The translations under genes were made by a program, and so were the position numbers. DNA of 64,000 bases, taken from Lepidodermella squamata (taxonomy: Eukaryota > Animalia > Gastrotricha). The notes below the pieces were generated by a model. It saw nothing but the letters and a program-made list of their open reading frames with translations. It made no database searches and was not told the DNA's origin. Numbering within the stretch: position 1 is the first letter of the stretch; the number at the start of each line of letters is the position of its first letter. Location of the stretch: the NCBI GenBank assembly GCA_047495785.1, contig JBLDXI010000074.1:372001-436000 (forward strand), read 5' to 3'. Positions 13,162-26,100 of the stretch are shown piece after piece.

Positions 13162-16100
13162 ATGACTAAAGCAGCAACAAAAGTCGAATTGAAGCGCAAA
13201 GCCGCTAGCAGTTCTGATTCATCCGACGATTCTGATGACGCGAAGCCAGTCACTAACGGGAAGGCTGCGGCTGTGCAAAAGAAGCCACAACCTGTTCAGA
13301 AGAAGGCTGCTGAATCGAGCAGTTCTGATTCTTCTGATGACGAGCCTGCTCCCGTGAAGAAGATCGCTGAAGTCAAGAAAGCTGTTTCCAAAGTTGAACA
13401 GAAGCCTCCAGCGAAGAAAACGAAAGCTGCTGCCAGCAGTAGCTCAGACGATGACAGCGATGCTCCGCCCGCAAAGCCGGCATTGCAACCTAAAAAAGCT
13501 CCCGCCCCCGCTCCTGATAGCTCATCCGACTCATCAGATGAAGAGCCTGCGAAACCTGCTCCGAAAAAAACGCCTGTTGCTAACGCCGCTCAAAAGTCTC
13601 CTGCGCCTCAACAAGCTAAGAAGCCAGTTGCTAAGGAAGATTCTTCCGATGATTCATCTTCAGAAGATGAGAAACCCAAAGCTGTTAAGAAGCCTGCGAC
13701 TCCAGCTCAACAACCCGCGGCTGCTCAAAAGAAAACGCCCGTTGCATCGAAACCGAAGCCTGAGTCTTCAGACTCCGACGACTCTGATGCTGCTCCGGCC
13801 AAGAAGCCGGCTGCCGCTACTCCTGCTGCAAAGGCCCCCGCTCAACCTGCCTCAGCAAAGAAACCAGTCGCCAAGAAGGAAGATAGTTCTGACGATTCAT
13901 CGGAAGATGAAAAACCTGTTGCTAAGAAGCCCGCGACTCCGGCTGCTCAACCAACTGCCGCCGCGAAGAAACCTGTAGCGAAGAAGGCCGAAAGCTCAGA
14001 TGATTCCGACTCATCCGAGGACGAAAAGCCTGCTGCTAAGAAGCCAGTCACCCCTGCTGCTGCAGCTGCAAAGAAACCTGTTACCCCTGCTCAACCGGCT
14101 GCGGCTGCGAAGAAGCCTGCGGCTAAGAAGGCGGAAAGCTCTGACGACTCCGACTCATCTGAAGACGAAAAACCGGCTGCTAAGAAGCCAGCCACCCCTG
14201 CTCAACCAGCAGCTGCTGCTGCGGCGGCGAAGAAACCGGCAGCTAAGAAAGCCGAGAGCTCAGACGACTCATCCGAAGACGAAAAACCGGCTGCTAAGAA
14301 GCCGGCCACTCCTGCTCAACCCGCGGCTGCTACGAAGAAGCCAGCTGCTAAGAAAGCCGATAGCTCTGACGACGATTCGTCTTCGGAAGACGAAAAACCA
14401 GCGGCAAAGAAGGCACCGGCGCCTGCGGCAAAGAAACCCGTCGCTAAGAAGGAGGAGAGTTCTGACGATTCATCTGAGGAAGAACCGGCTGCCAAGAAGC
14501 CGGCCGTTGCTAAGAAGCCCGTTGCGAAAGCCGAGTCATCTGATGAAGATTCATCCGAAGAGGAGGCTAAGCCTGCGAAAAAGGCTGCCCCTGTAGCCAA
14601 GAAATCTCAAGATGACGCCGAAGAGGAAGAGTCTGATGACGATGAGGATAGCGATGCTATTGATATGAAGAAGGCGCGTACTTCGACCCCGGCCAAGAAC
14701 GGTGGAAATGAGGAAGAGGCGAATGGCGAGGACGATGAGGATGGTTTTGTGATTAAGAAGAGCGCTGCTCCCCCGGTTCCGGCTGATAACGGCCGAGGCC
14801 GTGGTCGTGGCGGCTTCGTTGCCCGAGGAGGCGCTCGGGGTGGTCGGGGCGGAGGTGGTTTCCGCGATAATAGCCGACCTGGCGATTGGTTGTGCAAGTA
14901 AGCTATATCAAAGCGTATATTATCAAACTGCGACTAATTTCATTTTCTTTTTAGATCTTGCAATAATTGCAACTTCGCTAGCCGAAGTGAATGTTTCAAG
15001 TGCAACGAAGGCAAAGCTGCCGATGCTGAGGTCTTCCAGGGTGGCCAAAGCAACGGTGGTAGCTACGGCGGCGGTAGTTTCGGCGGTGGTCGCGGTGGCG
15101 GCCAAGCTGGTTTCCGGGACACTAGCCGGCCTGGTGACTGGCTTTGCAAGTAATTTATTCCTATAATTACGAGATTTATGGTATAAATTTTAATTTATAT
15201 ATAGGTCATGCAAGGGTTGCAACTTTGCGAGCCGCTCTGATTGCTTCAGGTGCAGTGAAGCGAGGGCCGCTGATGCCGAGGTCTACCAGGGAGACCAAAG
15301 CGGTGGTTTTGGCGGTGGCCGCGGCGGCGGTCGAGGCCGTGGTGATTTCGGTAGCAGCCGCGGTCGTGGTGGCGGCGGTGGTTTCCGTGAAAATAGCCGC
15401 CCTGGTGACTGGCTCTGCGGGTGAGAATTTTTTATCCTTGACTTAGTTTTTTCATATGGAATGCGCCATTTGGAAATTTGGCTCGTGTAAGTTGGATAAA
15501 AGCAATAGTCCATTCGGGTCAGTACTAGCGGAACGTGTAAAAGTCTCCAAGGAAATTTAAAAATTTGTATACTTGAACATGTTGGTACTTACCTACTTTG
15601 AGAAATTGGAGTTCTCTAAATATTCATCTTATTTTCTTCATTTTTCAATTTTATAGCTCTTGCCAAGGTTGCAATTTTGCTTCTCGCACCGACTGTTTCC
15701 GTTGTTCTGGCGCCAAAGGTGCCGATGTCCAAGTCTTCGATGGCGGTAACGATGCCGGCTATGGCAATAGTGGTGGTTACCAAAGCCGCGGCGCTCCTCG
15801 TGGCCGCGGTGGTCTTGGCTCCCGTGGTGGCCGAGGCGGACCCGGCCGCGGTGCCGGTGGTTGGGTGTCCGGAGGCGTGCAAGGCGGTACCGGAGTCCAC
15901 AAGTCGTTCAACGACGAGAGCAATGGCGACGATAGCCAAAATAACTCGATGGACACATCCGGCGAAAACGGCAACGGCACCAAGCGTAAATCTGAACCAT
16001 TCCGACGCGTCATAGAAGAGGACCAGGACCAGAAGTTGGTTGCGAAAATGGCCGAACATAAGGCGACGGCGTGGGACCCGTGGGCCGAGAAAGCGAAGCG

Positions 16101-16281
16101 TGATATGGGCCACTTACACGGCAAGGACTTCCGCCACGAGAAGACGAAGAAAAAGCGAGGTAGTTATTTAGGCGGTGAAATCGACACTAGTGACCGCGCT
16201 ATTAAATACACAGATTCTGACTTCGACGATAGCGGTGTTGGTCACAACGCGTCGGTGGCGGTCGAAGACGGCGACGAGTGA
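13162..16281 (+). CDS. NOLC1: Nopp140/NOLC1/SRP40-like nucleolar phosphoprotein with 3 RanBP2-type zinc fingers and RGG tracts
   Basis: Alternating S/D/E and K/P/A blocks; SRP40_C domain (PFRRV..DPWAEKAKRD..GKDFRHEKTKKKRGSYLGGEIDT); 3x RPGDWLC/xCxxCNFASRxxCFxC. Confidence 0.9.
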
Positions 16282-16948
16282 AACCGAACGAATAATTGCG
16301 GATATGATTATTATTTACCGGATATTCCACGAGATAATTCAAGCTTGCGTCCATTTAATCTCTAGCTTTCTCTTTTCTTGTCGCCTTCTTGTATCTTGAT
16401 CAAAAAAGCTGCTGTTGCTGATTTACACAGACAAAAAATTTACAAAAACATTCTGCTGCTGGTGAGTTGTTGTTGATGGTGATGGGTGATGATGAGGCGG
16501 TGCTAGTGAGAGGTGATGCTGATATTTAGTCGAATTTGTTGCGATTTCTTCTTATAAAATTTGAAAACACTAGAAAATTTGTCCGGGTCTTTGATATATC
16601 GTGCCCAATAAAAACCAAATGTTTCACCTGTGTTTGTCTATTAACATTTCCTAGTAACACTGAAGATAACAGCTATATTTCCTGATAGCTCAGCGCTCAG
16701 TTCTACTCAGTTTCAAGAAAATAATGCCACCTCAAAGATTAAAATTTGCCCAACATTCAAAGCCATTTACTCTGAAACATGCCCGGCTTTCAAAATTCGT
16801 AGCGGTTGAAATTTATAGGAATTTTAATTATTGATAAGGATTTGTATGAAAAGAATGAATTGAGCCTGAGAATATCAATCTCTCAAATAACTTTAATAAT
16901 CCCCAATATTACTAAAATTTTCCCTATCATTTTAGAATTTTATGAAAA

Positions 16949-17743
16949 ATGAAAATGAAAGTTGATCGACGTCATGTTTTGATGGTTTTATCCGGAAAAG
17001 GCGGAGTCGGTAAAAGCTCCGTAACCGCCCAACTCGCGATGGGCCTGGTCGGACGCGGCTACAAAGTCGGCGTTTTGGACGCTGATTTATGCGGACCTTC
17101 AATCCCGAAACTTCTGAATTGCGATGACGGTTCAGTGTATCAATCAGACGACGGCTGGGTGCCGGTTTTCCCGTTGAAAAACGACTCCCTCGCTGTTATG
17201 TCCATCGGATTTTTACTGAAAAGCGAAGCAGACCCGGTAATTTGGCGAGGACCGAAGAAAAATTCGATGATTAAGCAATTCGTTCAAGATGTCTGCTGGG
17301 GCGATATCGATTTTTTGTTGATTGACACGCCACCAGGAACGTCGGATGAGCATTTAGCTGTTGTTGAAAGCACTCGAAGTTTGAACCCGGATGGGGCTGT
17401 TTTAGTTACCACCCCACAACGAGTTGCAGCCAATGACGTTCGTCGTGAAATCACATTTTGTCGGAAAACGAATTTGCCCATGATAGGATTGATTGAAAAT
17501 ATGTCTGGGCTGATATGCCCTAATTGCCAAAATTGCGCCAATGTTTTTTCGACCGGAGGGGGCGAAGCTCTGGCCAAGGAGACAAATGTACCGTTTTTAG
17601 GCCGCCTGCCCCTTGACCCGGATTTTGCCCTTGCTTGCGAAGACGGTCGCTTGCTTAACGCGTTTTCTAGTCTTTCGATCAGCGAACGTTGGAACCCGAT
17701 TCTTGACTCGATTTTGAGCAAGGCTCTATCATCAGACGAATAA
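16949..17743 (+). CDS. NUBP2: Cytosolic Fe-S cluster assembly factor NUBP2/Cfd1
   Basis: SGKGGVGKS, DADLCGPS, VIWRGPKK, DTPPGTSDEH, ENMSG..CPNC; lacks the NUBP1 N-terminal Cys cluster. Confidence 0.93.
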   Translation: MKMKVDRRHVLMVLSGKGGVGKSSVTAQLAMGLVGRGYKVGVLDADLCGPSIPKLLNCDDGSVYQSDDGWVPVFPLKNDSLAVMSIGFLLKSEADPVIWRGPKKNSMIKQFVQDVCWGDIDFLLIDTPPGTSDEHLAVVESTRSLNPDGAVLVTTPQRVAANDVRREITFCRKTNLPMIGLIENMSGLICPNCQNCANVFSTGGGEALAKETNVPFLGRLPLDPDFALACEDGRLLNAFSSLSISERWNPILDSILSKALSSDE

Positions 17744-17810
17744 TTATTTATTAATACATCAGATTTCAATCTCGCTTTGTTTTTAGATTTTTTAGCGAAT
17801 TTGATAAATC

Positions 17811-18259
17811 ATGTCCTGGTGGCGCGCCGCTGGTCTCAGCTACGTTTCCTTCAGCAAAATTTGCGCGAGTGCTGTTCGGCATAGTTTGAAGGCCGACTTG
17901 CGTGAGGCGGCAATGAAACGCGACAAGCCTCAGATTCGCATTACTCGCTGGAAGGATGGAAAGCCCGAAAGCAGTTAGTTATCATTTTCTCATTTTTTTA
18001 AATTGTTTTGTTTCGATTTTATTCATTGTTGTAATCAAATTTATTTCAGAGGAAGACTCTAAATGTAAGGAAAAAATTCACCCTAAATTTGAAAGAAATG
18101 ATTGATTGAAAATTAACAATTGCTCGATTTCTGCGTGAAATATTCTCGAATTTCCTTCAGAATGGTACCCATGTGTGAAATAACATTCATTTTCGGCAAT
18201 AAAATCACATTTCTAACGCATTTTTGTTTTATTTTTCAGAGAAAGCTGAATCCTCGTAA
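17811..18259 (+). CDS. ATP5F1E: Mitochondrial ATP synthase F1 epsilon subunit (missed by the ORF track)
   Basis: MSWWRAAGLSYVSFSKICASAVRHSLKADLREAAMKRD..IRITRWKDGKPES; 3' exon structure ambiguous. Confidence 0.92.
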
Positions 18260-18539
18260 ACACCGTTGTTTTGATGACTGACGCTTCTTGACCACACAAT
18301 GATATGAAACCTGCAGGAAATCCGATGATTTTTGACGAAAAATATAAAATATAGGCTCTCGCTCTGAATGAAAAATAAAGAAATTATGTTTTCACTGCCC
18401 GAGTAGCTGGACATGTAGTCTTATAGTCCGCCGCAGCCAAACCCCGTTCGACGACTTCTTCTATCTCGCGCTCTTGTGTGATTAAAATAAAATAATTTGG
18501 AGGAAACAAAAATTACGTTGGACTTTCTTCATTTTTAGG

Positions 18540-19420
18540 ATGACATTTTTCTATTTTCTAAATTGTCTCGCCTTGTCAATTGTTCCGCATGTGATTGTTT
18601 ATAAAACAACCGTTCTGTAAGTTTATTTTTGACAATTTTACTCGTTTTTTCTAAATTTGTGTATTATCTTAGCGCGGAATATGACACCCTGTATAAATCT
18701 GCTATTTCTGCGATGGCTTATGTCGCGACACAAACGGTGAAATTGCTGATAGAAGCAACATTTTTCCCCGCTTCAGACTTGCCGCCCACCGCCATTGACT
18801 ATGCCGGTGAATTACTATCAGCCTCTACTATGTTCGCTGACTTAGTAGGCCTGCATGTGGCGATAACTCAAACGCCAGGCCGAGGCACTGTTCGCTGGCT
18901 AACCGCTGGTCTCGGCTGGTCAGCAGCGCATCTCGCCTGTACGAAATCTTTCGCGCTATGGCAAGCGCGTGGGTTGGAATTCGACTGGCGATTCCTGAAC
19001 CTTGCTGTTCAAGCTAATGCTGAATTCGTAAGTCTCTTCAATATTATCCTGATATTTAATTTTCAACAATTTTTGTAGCTTGCCTTTATCTCATTGGCTG
19101 CTCTGCTGTGGCTGAGAACTCGCCAGCCGAAAATGCCAGCTGTTTCATTCTTGCTCATTCTTTCACTCTTTAAGCAATTTGCGATCAAGTAAGATTGAAA
19201 ATTCGGAAAAAATGAATTCCTCATGCAATTTTGGATTTTTAGATTGATCATTCACGCGTTTTTCAAAGAGGCGACAGGCCTTTTCCTTCTTGCCGAGATT
19301 ATCTGGTCTCTTGTATTTTCGATTCTGACTATGCGTGTCTATATTCTGCAAAATCAACAAGCAGCCGTAGCAGCTGGTTTCCCAGGCGGCTATGCTGATG
19401 GTTTCGACGGCCGGTCGTAA
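18540..19420 (+). CDS. TMEM147: TMEM147 (BOS complex subunit), 4 exons
   Basis: MTFFYFLNCLAL..VYK..L/AEYD, TQTVKLLIEATFFP, AGLGWSAA, ARGLEFDW. Confidence 0.88.
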
Positions 19421-19720
19421 AACGAAAAGCATGATAGTATATCGAAAAATTCCATAATAGTAATAATTATAGGGTGAACTACCGTCAAAATATTATGTTG
19501 AATGTGTTTGTTAAAAGCGAGAAATACCTGTTGATTTAAAGAAAACAATGATAGTCGTGAGTCAAAAAAAAAGAATTTTTTATTTCATCATTTCCCGTTT
19601 GCGGCAATAATACTAATTTGTGTTCGATGCGCTCGGAATTTAATTCAATGAAATATAGTTATCGTTTGTCTAATTTGGACTCAATTTTTTGTTAGAAATT
19701 TTTTACTATTAAACACCAAA

Positions 19721-21305
19721 ATGCCACGCGAAATTATTATGCTCCAACTGGGCCAGTGCGGCAATCAAAGTAAGTCAAACAACCCTCCTTAATTATTCTT
19801 GATTTCATGTTTTATTTTATAGTCGGGATGGAATTTTGGAAGCAGTTATGCGCCGAACACGGAATCAGCCCTGAAGGCCGGATTAAGGACCTATCGCTTG
19901 ATGCGAACAAACCAGGCGGGTTAGATTACGTCGACGATCGAAAAGACGTGTTTTTCTACCAGGCCGATGACGAGCATTACATCCCGCGATCCGTGTTGAT
20001 GGACCTCGAGCCTCGTGTCATCAATTCAATCATGAACTCAGAATACTCTCGGCTTTACAATTTGGAAAACGTTTTCGTGTCAAAATCAGGCGGCGGTGCG
20101 GGTAATAACTGGGCGGTTGGTTACGAATACGGGCAAAAATTGGAGGAAAAAGTGTTTGATATCATTGAACGCGAGGCTGAAAATTCAGACAGTCTCGAGG
20201 CTTTCGTCCTCGCCCACTCAATCGCCGGTGGTACCGGGTCTGGTATGGGCTCGTATATTCTCGAGGCCCTGAATGATCGTTTTCCGAAAAAATTAGTCCA
20301 GACCTACTCAGTCTTCCCATTGCAAGAGGAAACCGTTTCTGACGTAGTAGTCCAGCCTTACAATTCGTTGTTAACCCTGAAACGACTGACTTTGAACGCG
20401 GATTCTGTTGTGGTATTAGATAACACTGCATTGCATCGAATTGCTGTTGAGAGATTGCGACTTGATAACCCGTCTTTTTCGCATATTAATCGACTCGTCT
20501 CAACCGTAATGGCGACCAGCACTGCCACGTTACGCTACCCGAGTTACATGCATAATGACCTGGTCGGAATAATTGCGTCCCTCGTACCTATGCCTCGTTT
20601 ACACTTCTTGATGACCGGTTATACCCCACTGACGACGGACGCCTCTATTGATACAGTAAGGAAGACATCTGTCATGGACGTAATGCGCCGTCTCCTACAG
20701 CCGCAGAATATGATGGTATCGACACCGGTCGACCGACAAAACCAACAGCACTGCTACATCTCGATTTTGAACATCATCCAAGGCGATGCTGACCCGTCTG
20801 AGGTCTATCGTAGTCTTCAGCGCATTAAAGAGCGTAAACTTGCGCAATTTATCCAGTGGAGCCCGGCTGGTATCCAGGTCGCCTTGAGCCGGAAGTCGCC
20901 CTACGTCCAGAGCGAACACAAAGTTTCGGGTCTCATGGTCGCTAACCACACTTCAATCTCAGTGGTGAGTAAAAAAGCGGTTTCACTATTGTGATAATTT
21001 TGAAAATTGAACAAAAAATGGAAATTATGAAACTGATTTATTTTCAGCTTTTTGAGCGGTGCTTGAAGCAGTATGACCGTCTGCGTAGCCGCGAGGCTTT
21101 CTTGGACCAGTTCAAGAAGCAGAGACTGTTCAACGACTCCCTGCTAGAATTCGACGATTCTCGCGAGGTTGTGCATCAGCTCATTCAGGAGTACCAAGCC
21201 GCCGCGCGTCCCGATTACCTCACCTACGGCCTGGACAAACCAACGGGCCCTGTCCCCTCAGCGTTTTCAACTGCAGTCAAAGAGCCAATTGCCGCCTTTC
21301 ATTAA
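19721..21305 (+). CDS. TUBG1: Gamma-tubulin, 3 exons
   Basis: [51 protein letters not shown]. Confidence 0.98.
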
Positions 21306-21602
21306 CCAGACTAGCGCTATCTTTCATTTTTCGACCATTGATCTGATCATGCATGATGCTTTCTCTTTATTATACGGTGATTTTATTATTACAACGAGCA
21401 CAGTTTATGTTCGAGTTGTCATTGGTTTTCACCACGACAGCTTTTTACACACGCAGTCTCACATTCTGGTCTTATTATTCGCATTTTTTGAGAAATAAAA
21501 CAAGACGACTTTTCCTAATTGGGCTCTCATTTGAAACAATCAATGCAGAACTCGATCTCATTTTGATGCTCTTATCTTTTAGTTTTTATACTTGAAATTT
21601 AA

Positions 21603-23177
21603 ATGGAGGTTCAAATGACATCGCCGCCGCATACAAACGGCAAATCGAACGGCCACCACGCTAATGGCAATGGTCACCACGCCAACGGAGCTGATAGCAA
21701 CGCCCCCGCTGAACTGGTCACGAAACTGGAAGAGGCTGGTCAGGGCCATTTGCTCTCGAAATGGAGTGACCTATCGTCTTCCGAGCGCAAACATTTACTC
21801 GGGCAGCTGAACGCATTACTGCCTGATATTACCCGACTGACCCAGGCGTTCAAACGAGCGATCGCCGCTGAGCAAGCCGGTCCATCTCCGATCGAGCCGT
21901 TGCCGGATGAAATTTGCGGATCTGCGATTTCTTGCGATGAGAAAGAACTCGCTGGTTACAAGGAAGCTGGTCTGGAGGCTATTTCGAAAGGCCGCGTCGG
22001 TGTTTTGCTGATGGCAGGCGGTCAGGGCACTCGTCTAGGCGTTGCCTACCCGAAAGGCATGTTCAACGTTGGTCTGCCATCGAACAAGCCGCTGTACCAG
22101 TTGCAAGCCGAACGAATTCTTCGTCTGCAAAAGTTGGCAACGAAAAAATCTGGGGTCACCTGCCCGGCTATTCCTTGGTACATCATGGCCTCGGAGCACA
22201 CCCGTGGTGAGACGGAGCACTTTTTCGAGGAGAAGAATTATTTCGGCCTTGACAAGAAGCAAATTATGTTCTTCGAGCAACGAATGATTCCGGCTTTCAC
22301 CCCGGAAGGCAACATTATTCTATCGAAACCTGACAGCCTAGCCCTATCGCCTGATGGAAACGGTGGATTGTACGCGGCTTGCGCGAAGGCTGGTATTTTG
22401 GATGATATGGAAAAGCGTGGGGTTGAGCTGATCCATGCCTATTGCGTTGACAACATCCTTGTCCGAGTTGCGGACCCGGCTTTCATTGGTTTCTGCGACA
22501 AGCGCGGTGTTGAATGTGCTGCAAAGTGGATCGAACGAGTTGACCCGACTGAGCCTGTTGGTGTGATTTGCATGAGTGACGGCAAGTACAAGGTTGCTGA
22601 GTACTCTGAGGTCGGTGCGGCTGGTGCGGCCCGCCGTCCGGACGGCCGTCTCCAGTACCGCCAGGGCAATATTGCCAACCACTTTTTCACTCGGAAATTC
22701 CTGGAACATGTTGCCTCTCTTGAAGCCGCTAACGACTCGCTGCCCTACCATATTGCCCGCAAAAAGGTGCCGTCGGTTGACAACCCAGCTCCATCTAAGC
22801 CGAACGCAATCAAGTTGGAGAAATTCGTTTTCGATGTGTTCGCTTTCACGACGAAATTTGCCGTCTGGGAGGTCGATCGTGAGGCTGAATTCTCACCGCT
22901 GAAAAACGGCGAGGGTGCTCCGGCTGACACTGCTGCTACATGCAAGGCTGCCATTTTCAAGCTTCATCGCAAGTGAGTATTGATTACAAAGCCATTAAAC
23001 CTACTAATTATATTTTTGTTACCTGTTTTTTCAAGGTGGATCGAAGAAAACGGAGGAACGATTGAGGGCGAGGCTGATTGCCCAATTGAAATTTCGCCGT
23101 TGGTTTCTTATTCTGGCGAAGATTTGGTCGAAGTCGTCAAAGGCAAAACGTACACTGCCCCTGTCACCATCAACTGA
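21603..23177 (+). CDS. UAP1: UDP-N-acetylglucosamine pyrophosphorylase, 2 exons
   Basis: LLMAGGQGTRLG..PKG, PDGNGG, YCVDN, KLEKFVFDVF, EFSPLKN, EISPLVSYSGE. Confidence 0.96.
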
Positions 23178-26100
23178 ATATATCTAAACTATCAGGCCAC
23201 ATGATCTAATGCAATTGCAAAACTGACTAAAAATGACGTTGTGAGTAACGCGATAATAATATTGATATGCTAATTTTCATGCTCACCTGGTGATGATTTT
23301 TTTCAGGGCTGTGTTTCTAAGTTATTGCGTAAAGCGAGGATAATAATCGTGTCGCTGAAATCGAGTGATTAATTTATATTATCGATGCTGTTTTTCTCAA
23401 CTGCTAATAAATTTCAAGATGGCTGGAATATTCCTTGTTTCAATTCGACTCCTTGATTCATTCGGTTCACGGATAAATAGCAAGGGCTTTAGACTTTGGA
23501 GCACAATTACATTGGAGCAATGGAAAAAGAAAAATGATCACTACGGAGAGAGAAAAAATTAATCAAATTAAAATTAAATTAGGCAACATAGAGATTGCAC
23601 TCGCAATGGCAAGAGAGCAAACAAATTGTTATGAAATATTTTGGTTGAAAAACTACCCTAAATTGTGGTGTGACCATTGGCCAATGGGGTGGCAATTAAT
23701 TCTTGTTACCTGATAAACTGAACTATCTGATTGTACTTTTTACTTGCTTTCCGCCGACATTCATATTGAGGGGTTTAGCAGCTTGTCAATTTGCAAAGAT
23801 GTTATCGTCCGGTGGTACAAAAATTATCGATGCAATAACAATGTTATTGTACTGGCCAAAGTACAAATAACACGCGTTTAAGGTGGATGTTTTAATTTTA
23901 TTGGTCAAAGTCGTGCCAGACGCCCAAACTTCGAAATTAAGTATCAATGGTTGCGTCTCAGGACATCTTTGGCTCTATGAGGAATGTTGCGATGCTGGTA
24001 ATGTAACGCGGATTCAAACCATTTTCACTTTGCTAAACAAAGTCAAATTAGCAAAGTCAAATTTCAGCTCTTTACACTGTCGACCTTCTCTCGGCGCCTA
24101 GTGTCAATGATGCCCCGCTCCAGGCTAACGCCAACGATCTTACCGTCGTGAGCGAAGGGCGGTCCCTCAGAGCGGCGCAACGCTGTACGCAGCTTGAACT
24201 GAATCGTAGCTCGTCATGGCGCTCAGCGCTCAGCTGGATCTCCGTCTCAATCATGGTTTCAATGGTTCTCGCTTTCCGCAAGAGGAAGATGCGTCCGCGG
24301 CGTACATTTGGACTCCAAGCTCAGCTGAAAAACATGTAATGTTTTCAACGTATATCTCCTCAATAAAGGCTGAACAAGAAAGGAACAAGAAGTCTATAGA
24401 GTCATTCAGGGTTCAAAATGGGCAGGTCCCGGGTTACCGGGGACTGCTGTTAGTCGGCAGACCCCCTCCCCGTTTTTCTCTGTTTGTCCTTGACGCCCGC
24501 GGCAAATGCCGTTCGTTTCATTTACATTCTTCAAAATTTGTTAAACGTTAGTTGAGTAATATAAAAATTGAATAAAAATTTAAAGTGACCTTGACAATTT
24601 TATTTTCAATTTTTTGGCGCGTGACTTCAGGTTTCCCGTCAGGCGATACCGACCTGTCGAATTAATGCGTGAAAATTTGTCAGGATTCAGTTGACGATTC
24701 AGGATTAGTGAATATCAAAAAACTAGCATGGTATTGCATTCAGAAATGGAACAGTTACATTAATAAGTTGATACTATTTTGCTTTGCGGAGCAACCCAGC
24801 TGCGTACAAATATCTGCCTAATTTCGGAAGTGCGCCAAAATATCGGTATCGGTGTAGTGCGCGCACTTGCGCGATAATTAGCAGACCATCAGACGCACAC
24901 GCAGAATGGTCGTAATGATCGTGTGGCAAATGGAAGTGCGTAAGTAAGAAGTGTGTGAGGATTGATTGATGGACAATTTTAGTCAGACGTTATTCTTCGC
25001 TGCCAATGACCGCAACATTGGTTGAACAGAATTATTCCGCAACCATAAGCCTGACACCTCGCTGGAAAAATCAGTCAGATGTTGCCTTCCAATTGGAGAG
25101 TTCAAATATTAGCAGAAAATCGATTAACATTGGTACATTGATTGAAACATTGGTTGTTGATGGTTTATAGTCATGTTTAAGAAAAACACATTTGCTTTAC
25201 GCGCACTTGCTTCGCAGTGCGACGTAATGGGCAGGTCCCAATTATTTTCCCTTCTGGTATCTGGGATCCTGAACTGGTGATCATTTGAACCTATGGTGAT
25301 CATTTGAACAGCTTCTCCATATGATGAACATTTATCAGTCTTATTTTCTGTCATTTTTACCATCCACTTTCCCCCTCGCATTAGCAGTGTCGCCTATAAT
25401 CTTCATAGTCGTTTATCGTTTATCGTATGATCGTTTCCATCTTTTATATCCCCTGTTTTCCTAACAAAAGTAATAATGATAGTTTTTCAAGAGTTAAAGA
25501 AAATCGGCTTAGCCAAAGCCGAGTCGAGATACCTCAGAATAACGCAAAATTCCTTACCAACCGTAGATATAAACGATGGCCATATCCCATATCGTGCCTT
25601 TACTATTTTTTGCTCTTCATTTTGTTTTAAAATAATATGCGACGATATACAAACGTTTACATGGGCAGTAAGTCATTAGAAAGGGCATGATAACCGCGCT
25701 CGTATAGCTCCGCTATTCCCGCATAGACATAATTTAAGATAGACTGACTACCCCTTTCATTCCCTTCATACACCAATGTAAATCCCATGTACAGATTGCA
25801 ATGCTTCTTACCGACTCGTTTGAACGAATCTGCATGAAGAATGAAAATAACAAAATTTCCTTAATCTTCGCGTTATATTAGCATTGATTTTTTGATACAA
25901 GCCTCCAGTCAACAGATTGCGTATAGCTTGAAGTTAAAGTTGGTCTTGCAGAGAATTCCCGATAAAATAGTGATTGTGCCATCTGAGCAGTAAAACATTG
26001 CTTGCCTTTCTAACAGAATCAACCACACTGTTAAATTATACAAAGATAATCTGTCGCCACAACGTTTTTATTCGCTGCCGATGATGCCGACGATTCGCTG

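Noticed and set aside
13394-16124. Long alternative-frame and antisense ORFs over Nopp140
   Set aside because: By-products of repetitive, GC-rich codon usage
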